Virus record (IMG/VR): IMGVR_UViG_3300045999_007505
Reading direction: 5' to 3' (one strand)
From: a virus
DNA length: 64,000 nucleotides
Shown here: piece by piece, positions 58,467-64,000 of the stretch
Numbering within the stretch: the stretch's first letter is position 1
How the letters are laid out: every line of letters starts with the position of its first letter
Position numbers and translations under genes: made by a program
The notes under the pieces: generated by a model
Told to the model about the DNA's origin: nothing
Seen by the model: the letters and a program-made list of their open reading frames with translations, nothing else
The model's database searches: none

Positions 58467-58890
58467 TGTTTTCCTTTTGCGATTTATTCATTGATTCAAT
58501 GCGTTGTTTTAACGCAGCAGATTCTTGTTCAATTGAATCTAATTCATCGGTTAATTCTGAAGATAATGTTTGTTCAGCAACACGTAATAATTGTTGTTTT
58601 TCTTCTTCACTTAATAAACTATCAGCACCTGATATTGTTTGCTTGGTTGAAATGTATCGTTGTACGATTGCAGTTAGTTTAACTAAATGATCGTCATTCT
58701 TAACTGCAACGTCTAAATATTCTTTAATTAATGGCACAATGATAGTAGCATCCGATGCATTTTTAATTAACGGTTGCAATTGTGCAATAAGCTGATTTAT
58801 TTGTCGATCTTTCTTTTTTGAATTGTGATATACATCGGACATTAAGTCAGCAAAGGTGGTTCCTTTGAATAATTCATCATTTTTGTCCAT
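58459..58890 (-). CDS. Helical hypothetical protein (terminase small subunit candidate)
   Basis: PLIKEYLDVAVKNDDHLVKLTAIVQR; ~140-aa helical protein with ATATTTAT motif upstream; TerS role is inference. Confidence 0.45.
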   Translation of the reverse strand: MDKNDELFKGTTFADLMSDVYHNSKKKDRQINQLIAQLQPLIKNASDATIIVPLIKEYLDVAVKNDDHLVKLTAIVQRYISTKQTISGADSLLSEEEKQQLLRVAEQTLSSELTDELDSIEQESAALKQRIESMNKSQKENNE

Positions 58891-58914
58891 ACATAAAACC
58901 CTTTAAAATAAATA

Positions 58915-59613
58915 TCAAAAAGGCAATTTTATGAAGTTTGTTTGTTCATACTGTTTAAATTTGTCATCATAAATTTGCTTAAGTACTTTTACAACGCGAG
59001 TAATATTAGTAGTTTCCAATCCAGATCGTTCGCGGATAAGTATATACAATGCCTTTTTATTAAATTCCGCAATATTTTCTCGAGTTTCAAAAATATGTAA
59101 TACTGAGTCTGCTACATGAATGTCGGTTGAATTTGAAAAAATATAATTTAAATTTTCAAAACAAAAATCAACATACGCATCCATGAATTCTTGTAGCGTT
59201 TCGCGCATTTCATCGTTATGTATTTCTGTAATAACATTGCGTTGTTCATCAACATCAATTTCTAATGCATCGGACTTTAATTTATTATAACCTTTTTGAT
59301 TTTCTGCAATCAAATAATTAAATGATGTTCTAGTATAATATGAATATGCTTTTCCTGACAATGGATTAAATTTATCTAATCGAGCAGTTAAATATGTAAC
59401 TAAATCGGTTTGTAAATCTCGAAACGATGAATCAATATAATCAGGCTTAACCTTATTAATAATATTTTCAGTTAGTTTCATGAATGCCGGATAAATAAAT
59501 CTACGATAAATTTTTTCTCGTTGTGCTACATGATTAGATTTATTATATGCGGATATTGCAATGTCTGTTATTTTCGTAAAATATGATTTACTTTTTTTCT
59601 TCCTGACCATCAA
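58915..59613 (-). CDS. Late-transcription sigma factor (T4 gp55-like)
   Basis: YFTK...KLTENII...KFNPLSGKAYSYYTRTSFNYLI resembles the sigma region 2 of gp55 (FDP.K..PFAYFT). Confidence 0.7.
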   Translation of the reverse strand: MMVRKKKSKSYFTKITDIAISAYNKSNHVAQREKIYRRFIYPAFMKLTENIINKVKPDYIDSSFRDLQTDLVTYLTARLDKFNPLSGKAYSYYTRTSFNYLIAENQKGYNKLKSDALEIDVDEQRNVITEIHNDEMRETLQEFMDAYVDFCFENLNYIFSNSTDIHVADSVLHIFETRENIAEFNKKALYILIRERSGLETTNITRVVKVLKQIYDDKFKQYEQTNFIKLPF

Positions 59614-59905
59614 ATTGTTCCTTAAGATTTGTAATTACTTCATTTAATAAAGCAAATGTAGTACCTGCCTCATCCTCCGATTCAAATGCACCCAAATGAT
59701 CAAGCTTTTTCATAGTTTCATATGCATCAACTATTTTTCCATACATGAATTCATTTGTTAATTCTAATGAACGTACATAGTCATCTGTTTGTTCTTGAAT
59801 GTCGCCAACTATTCCAGCGAGGAACCATACGCGATATCCTAAATATATGCTAACACCGAGTAGCAATATTGTTGTTATGATAAAAAATAACATGTTATTC
59901 TCCAT
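59588..59905 (-). CDS. Single-TM membrane protein
   Basis: Hydrophobic N-terminus; LDHLGAFESEDEAGTTF. Confidence 0.7.
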   Translation of the reverse strand: MENNMLFFIITTILLLGVSIYLGYRVWFLAGIVGDIQEQTDDYVRSLELTNEFMYGKIVDAYETMKKLDHLGAFESEDEAGTTFALLNEVITNLKEQFDGQEEKK

Positions 59906-60671
59906 TAAATGCTTTGAAAATATCCGTTAATGTTCGTTCAACATCTGGATTATTTTCAGCTAGATTTTTTAATCCCGTAGATTTTTGTGCTCTGCTTTTT
60001 TCTGAAACTGGTTTGGGAGTAACTTTATCTTTATTTCTCCAACGCTCAAATTCAATTTGTGCTGCCATATGATCTGCATGATGCAAAATGATAGGTAAAT
60101 TTGTTTTTAATTTGGCTTGTGCTGAGCGAGCAACATAATAAGGCTTATTTGCATCATCATACATTCCATCATGAATTTTAATTGCCTGATATTCATTCCA
60201 AGACATTTTAACATCATATTCTTGTAGCAACCAAATTGAAAGATCTGGTACCATAGTGAATGGAATATTTTCGTTATGCCGATACATCTTGTTTTGATTC
60301 TTGCGATGCCAATCTGAAGTTTCAATTTGATAAACTTCGTTACCTTCGCCTGGAAATCCTACTTTACCTAAATCATGATGCATTGCAGCAAACATTAATT
60401 CTTCTAAGGTATATCCGGACATATCTGCACCCGATGATTGCCATGTCGCATATAACGTTTTAGCACAATCCATTACGCGAAGTACATGATCTACATACCC
60501 TCCGGCAAATGCATTATGAAAATGTGCAATGGATGAAGCTGGCATCATAACAATGCGATCTTCTAATTCATCATACATTTTATGTATTTGTGCTGCTCTT
60601 GTTGGAAAGAATGTGTCAATTTCTTTGCGAAACTGTTCCCAGTTTGATTTGATTTTTTCTGCTTGTAACAT
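59895..60671 (-). CDS. HD-domain phosphohydrolase (YhaM-like HD)
   Basis: PAS..HFHNAFAGGYVDH, HHDLGK, IHDG, HHAD. Confidence 0.88.
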   Translation of the reverse strand: MLQAEKIKSNWEQFRKEIDTFFPTRAAQIHKMYDELEDRIVMMPASSIAHFHNAFAGGYVDHVLRVMDCAKTLYATWQSSGADMSGYTLEELMFAAMHHDLGKVGFPGEGNEVYQIETSDWHRKNQNKMYRHNENIPFTMVPDLSIWLLQEYDVKMSWNEYQAIKIHDGMYDDANKPYYVARSAQAKLKTNLPIILHHADHMAAQIEFERWRNKDKVTPKPVSEKSRAQKSTGLKNLAENNPDVERTLTDIFKAFNGE

Positions 60672-60687
60672 AACTTATTATATTGAT

Positions 60688-60876
60688 TTATTTTCGTATT
60701 TCCAATACTTGTCCATTAACAAGCTTTGACACGCATTTATAACATGTAACGGCCGTTGCATTTACATCTACTTTTTGACAAATTTCATCGCAATATTTGC
60801 ATTGTAACTTTTTAAAGCCCTTAGGAGTAGGACTACTTTTTATTTTTCTCATTTGTTTTGGATTAACCGCGATCAA
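60688..60876 (-). CDS. Small zinc-ribbon protein
   Basis: CKYC...CYKC; true start may be MRKIK. Confidence 0.65.
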   Translation of the reverse strand: MIAVNPKQMRKIKSSPTPKGFKKLQCKYCDEICQKVDVNATAVTCYKCVSKLVNGQVLEIRK

Positions 60877-61054
60877 TAAAATAACGTGCTTCTTCTAATT
60901 TTTTAATTGCACGAGCTAAATTGTCTAATGTTGAATTTTTATCAATTTTTCCTTCGGTAATTGCTTTACCTACATTTCTAACAATTTCTTTTGCATCTTC
61001 TACATTGTCAATAACATTGCTTTTGTACTTATACTTTGGATCATAACTTGGCAT
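60863..61054 (-). CDS. Hypothetical protein
   Basis: 63-aa ORF with AAGGT RBS and ATATTTAT motif upstream. Confidence 0.65.
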   Translation of the reverse strand: MPSYDPKYKYKSNVIDNVEDAKEIVRNVGKAITEGKIDKNSTLDNLARAIKKLEEARYFIDRG

Positions 61055-61100
61055 AATTTTACCTTTTATTTAATTATTAATATTATATATAATAAATATA

Positions 61101-62126
61101 TTATTCTAAAATTAATTGAGTATTTTTACAATATTCAAAATTTAAATTGGTCAATGCTAATTCTTTTGCTTTTGCCTCAACCATAACATCGAGATCAGCT
61201 ACACCATACGTGTCTGGAAGCCGTGTAATATAATCGGCATGAGCCTGCTCCTTGATCTTGGTAAACTCCTTGTATTGTTTGTGAAAGGTAGGCCAATTGG
61301 GCAAGTCGGCAATGTCAATACCATGATGTTCAAACATACGCTCAATAAGAATCTGTGCTTCGCGTCGACGGGACTCGCTGTAATGGGTACATTGAGTAAC
61401 ACCATGACGCTGCCAAGTCTCACGAGCCATAAAGAATGCTTCTTGTTCAGTCAAGTCGCCGGTATTGAAAGTGTGATGCCAATAATCAAATGTAATCGGT
61501 ATAGCAATCTCGGCATGTAACATTTCATACAACTCGCGCACCGAATACATAGATGCCTTATCATCATTCTCAATAACTAAACGTGACTTGCAAGAATCTG
61601 ATAAACGATCATAGTTATGCAACCACCGTGCAATAGTACCAGGCTTATCATTATAAGTAGCACCAACGTGAATATTGATCTTGTTCTCAAAGCTAGGTGC
61701 AAAGCCCATCATATCAAAGAGCTCGGAATGTCGTTCGAGACCAATAATAGAATTATCAACAACTACAGCATCGGGACTACCAAGAATATGAAATGGACCA
61801 GGATGCGTTGTAATGCGGTGGCCATGTGCACGTGCATAATCACCTGCGGCACGAAGATGTTGAGCAATAAGATCGATGTCGGGCAAATCTTCAAGACGAT
61901 AATGATTCCAACGCGGAAACAACTCGGAGCCTAAACGAAACAATCGTATACCATGGGCTTCATTCCATTGCAGAATAGTTAATAAATCACGGGCATTGGC
62001 AAGTGCAATATCAGATGCAAGCCGTAAGCCACCTAGTTTAAATTTGCGATCAATCATGGCACGTCCGGTACGAATACCTTGGGCGGATAACTCCATGTTG
62101 ATACAAGCATAACCGAAACGAATCAT
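61101..62126 (-). CDS. uvsE: UV damage endonuclease UvsE/UVDE
   Basis: RFGYACIN, IRLFRLGS, RITTHPG, INIHVG, RLVIENDD, FDYWHH, HYSES, AHAD, MVEAKAKE. Confidence 0.95.
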   Translation of the reverse strand: MIRFGYACINMELSAQGIRTGRAMIDRKFKLGGLRLASDIALANARDLLTILQWNEAHGIRLFRLGSELFPRWNHYRLEDLPDIDLIAQHLRAAGDYARAHGHRITTHPGPFHILGSPDAVVVDNSIIGLERHSELFDMMGFAPSFENKINIHVGATYNDKPGTIARWLHNYDRLSDSCKSRLVIENDDKASMYSVRELYEMLHAEIAIPITFDYWHHTFNTGDLTEQEAFFMARETWQRHGVTQCTHYSESRRREAQILIERMFEHHGIDIADLPNWPTFHKQYKEFTKIKEQAHADYITRLPDTYGVADLDVMVEAKAKELALTNLNFEYCKNTQLILE

Positions 62127-62140
62127 ATATGTTTTATTTT

Positions 62141-62169
62141 ATATTATGTAAAAAAAGTGAAAAATCCAA
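62141..62169 (-). promoter_or_regulatory. Sigma70-like promoter TTGGAT-N17-TAATAT for uvsE
   Basis: Same -35 box and spacer as the other four copies. Confidence 0.55.
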
Positions 62170-62211
62170 ATAACATTATTTTTTTTGCGCGATATTTATT
62201 ATCGTAACATT

Positions 62212-62397
62212 GAACATATTTATTATAAATCATAAAGGAACATAACCAAAATGAAAAATTTACTTTCAGAAAACATGCTACGGTTTGGAACCAAAAATTT
62301 ATCTGAATCAGCACAAAGAGAATTAACTCTTAAATCAATCATGGAAACCATTAATGAACATGGTTTACATAATGAAGTTAGACGACATTTAATGGAA
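62212..62397 (+). repeat. Copy A of the promoter + RBS + 49-codon leader module
   Basis: gaacatatttatta...ataaagga...atgaaaaatttactttcagaaaacatg; repeated at 63251-63435. Confidence 0.9.
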
Positions 62398-62823
62398 CAA
62401 GGAAAACCTGATCCTAATTATTTAGGTTATGCAAAGAAAATTGCAGGTCAGCTAATGACTGCATTAGGTGGTGCTGATGATGAGGATGGCGTTTTAGCTG
62501 CATTAAAATCAATAAAAACATATGGTGGTCAACCAGTTTATGATAATTTATTACAACTAGTTAAAACATCTCCAAAAATTAAATCTCAATTTGGAAAAAA
62601 TTTTAAATTAGTTTCTTCTATGATTGCTGATGGTGGTATATCGCAAATGGATTTGGGATATGATGATGCAACTTCTTCTCCGGTAAAAAATCCTTTGCAA
62701 GGAAAAGGATTAGGTATTGATCGGGATTATATTATCAAATTTAAGGAAATATTACAACAGTATAATCCAAATGAAGATGACTTTACTAGAGGAATGTTTC
62801 CAAGTAATTTACAAGGAAAATAG
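62251..62823 (+). CDS. Leader-cassette protein A; payload has an annexin-repeat-like segment
   Basis: Shared 49-aa leader, then YAKKIAGQLMTALGGADDEDGVLAALKSI (cf. annexin A..L..Am.G.GTDE..i..il). Confidence 0.7.
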   Translation: MKNLLSENMLRFGTKNLSESAQRELTLKSIMETINEHGLHNEVRRHLMEQGKPDPNYLGYAKKIAGQLMTALGGADDEDGVLAALKSIKTYGGQPVYDNLLQLVKTSPKIKSQFGKNFKLVSSMIADGGISQMDLGYDDATSSPVKNPLQGKGLGIDRDYIIKFKEILQQYNPNEDDFTRGMFPSNLQGK

Positions 62824-62855
62824 TAAATTTACTAACATACAAAAACTTAAACAAC

Positions 62856-62888
62856 AAATGGGATAGACATCTATCCCATTTTTTTTTT
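62856..62888 (+). terminator. Intrinsic terminator between convergent genes
   Basis: AAATGGGATAG-ACAT-CTATCCCATTT plus a T run. Confidence 0.9.
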
Positions 62889-62892
62889 GTTC

Positions 62893-63144
62893 TTATTTTA
62901 AAGAAATATTTTTTACTTTTAAAATTTTTACCAATAATACATTAATAAAAACTAAACTAACGATAGTACTAAATAAATAAAAATTTGAAATACCATAAGA
63001 TGGAAATAAATTTGTGATATCAAATCCATTAAAAAATTGTAATTCAAATAAATTAAGATTTGATGGATTAAACAACCCAATTGTAGTTAATATTAATACG
63101 ATATTAAGAATCGCTACCCCTGAAATAAACACTGATTTTTTCAT
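62893..63144 (-). CDS. Small two-TM membrane protein
   Basis: Two hydrophobic segments and a basic C-terminus; TTGGAT-N17-TATTAT promoter upstream. Confidence 0.55.
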   Translation of the reverse strand: MKKSVFISGVAILNIVLILTTIGLFNPSNLNLFELQFFNGFDITNLFPSYGISNFYLFSTIVSLVFINVLLVKILKVKNISLK

Positions 63145-63177
63145 AACTTAAATCTTTAACTGGTTAATTATATTATA

Positions 63178-63206
63178 ATAATATGAAAACTTTTGTATGA
63201 ATCCAA
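63178..63206 (-). promoter_or_regulatory. Sigma70-like promoter TTGGAT-N17-TATTAT
   Basis: 17-nt spacer; back-to-back with the ATATTTAT motif of cassette B. Confidence 0.55.
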
Positions 63207-63250
63207 ATATATTATTTTTTTTCTTGAATCATATTTATTATTGTTAATAA

Positions 63251-63435
63251 GAACATATTTATTAAAAACCATAAAGGAATACAAACAAATGAAAAATTTA
63301 CTTTCAGAAAACATGTTGCGATTCGGAACCAAAAATTTATCTGAATTAGCACAACGAGAATTAATTCTTAAATCAGTAATGCAAACTATTAATGAGCATG
63401 GATTGCATGAAGATGTTACTCAACGATTAAATGAA
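63251..63435 (+). repeat. Copy B of the promoter + RBS + 49-codon leader module
   Basis: 36 of the first 40 aa identical to copy A. Confidence 0.9.
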
Positions 63436-63948
63436 ACGATGTTGACAGAAGGCGTGCCAAATACAATATTAACAGGTCCTGCATCTATTACTATCCCTTC
63501 GAGAACGGTATGTATCAGCGGTAAAGATTATATTCAAGTAAGTTTTATAGTTGAAAACACTGGCGATGCAGACGCATATTTAACTCAGTTCCCATTTCTA
63601 TCCACACCGGCATCTGCAGATAAGATAGGATACGGAGTATTCACTTCAAATAATTACAATGTTACTATTGGTGGTAAACCATCGTGGGGCCAAGCTGACC
63701 AACAAAATGCACCTAAAATCCCTAAAGGAAAAAAAGCAACAATTAACATGACAATCTATACAGATTTGGCTCGGCCGGGAGATCAAGGTGCAGCTTTTCG
63801 TAAAAATCTTAAAGAATTAACATCTGCAACAATTGTAGTAAGATATAATGGAGCTACAGGTTTGAAAATTCCTGTAACATTTGGTGGGCTTACTTGGAGT
63901 AATTCTAATGCATGCGATATAGAAATTGCATTACCAAAAGGTTTCTAA
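63289..63948 (+). CDS. Leader-cassette protein B; Ig-like (DUF1573/CARDB-like) payload
   Basis: True start is ATG 63289 (paralogy, AAGGA RBS); payload VSFIVENTGDADAYL...IPKGKKATINMTI. Confidence 0.7.
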   Translation: MKNLLSENMLRFGTKNLSELAQRELILKSVMQTINEHGLHEDVTQRLNETMLTEGVPNTILTGPASITIPSRTVCISGKDYIQVSFIVENTGDADAYLTQFPFLSTPASADKIGYGVFTSNNYNVTIGGKPSWGQADQQNAPKIPKGKKATINMTIYTDLARPGDQGAAFRKNLKELTSATIVVRYNGATGLKIPVTFGGLTWSNSNACDIEIALPKGF

Positions 63949-63972
63949 AAACATAATTGATTTTTTTCAATA

Positions 63973-64000
63973 AAAAAAAAGCCCCATCCTAAGATGGGGT
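63973..64000 (+). terminator. Probable terminator after cassette B (cut by the window end)
   Basis: A-run-GCCCCATC-CTAA-GATGGGGT. Confidence 0.7.

Noticed and set aside
182-61934. Numerous short plus-strand ORFs and nested minus-strand ORFs in the track (e.g. 10293-10724, 17157-17660, 32774-33163, 54401-54919)
   Set aside because: Antisense or alternate-frame shadows of well-supported genes, with no RBS, promoter or recognisable motifs.
63193-63288. 32-aa N-terminal extension of cassette B given in the track
   Set aside because: It covers the promoter and RBS; paralogy with 62251 fixes the start at 63289.
1-64000. Stop-codon reassignment, as in some large Bacteroidota phages
   Set aside because: Core genes are full length in code 11 and densely packed; TAG and TGA are used as real stops (e.g. 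9785, 62823, 33440).
1-64000. CRISPR array, tRNA genes, diversity-generating retroelement, integrase or transposase
   Set aside because: No repeat-spacer array, cloverleaf, reverse transcriptase or recombinase recognised by eye; a tRNAscan run would be needed to exclude tRNAs fully.

Overview
A 64-kb, AT-rich segment of a large T4-like (contractile-tailed) dsDNA bacteriophage read in the standard genetic code, with almost all genes on the minus strand. It holds most of the virion morphogenesis cluster. Tail and baseplate: hub, LysM/gp53-like, tube-initiator-like, tape measure, gp26-like chaperone, tube, sheath, fibre/propeller proteins, neck, and gp6/gp25/gp5-like genes. Head and packaging: major capsid, scaffold, prohead protease, portal and terminase. 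Interleaved are PhoH, a phage-encoded ribosomal protein bS21 with a Bacteroidota-type KAxYxQ tail (suggesting a Bacteroidota host), an SbcD-SbcC fusion, a primase, a T7-endonuclease-I-like resolvase, a kinase-like protein, a gp55-like late sigma factor, an HD hydrolase and UvsE. Signals read directly from the sequence: (i) about 20 copies of a strand-oriented ATATTTAT motif before late genes, the reverse complement of the T4 late promoter; (ii) five TTGGAT-N17-TAnnnT promoters; (iii) a 62-nt structured RNA leader before a large fibre gene; (iv) a candidate +1/-2 frameshift in the tail chaperone; (v) a hairpin/terminator with a promoter motif inside it; (vi) stand-alone cassettes with a near-identical 49-aa LxE-rich leader fused to unrelated payloads, resembling a modular capsid-loading system; (vii) an IxRLKxQP(RxG) N-terminal motif shared by unrelated proteins; (viii) pervasive [ST]GS tripeptides in virion proteins. 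Functional calls come from motif recognition and synteny only; no searches were run.
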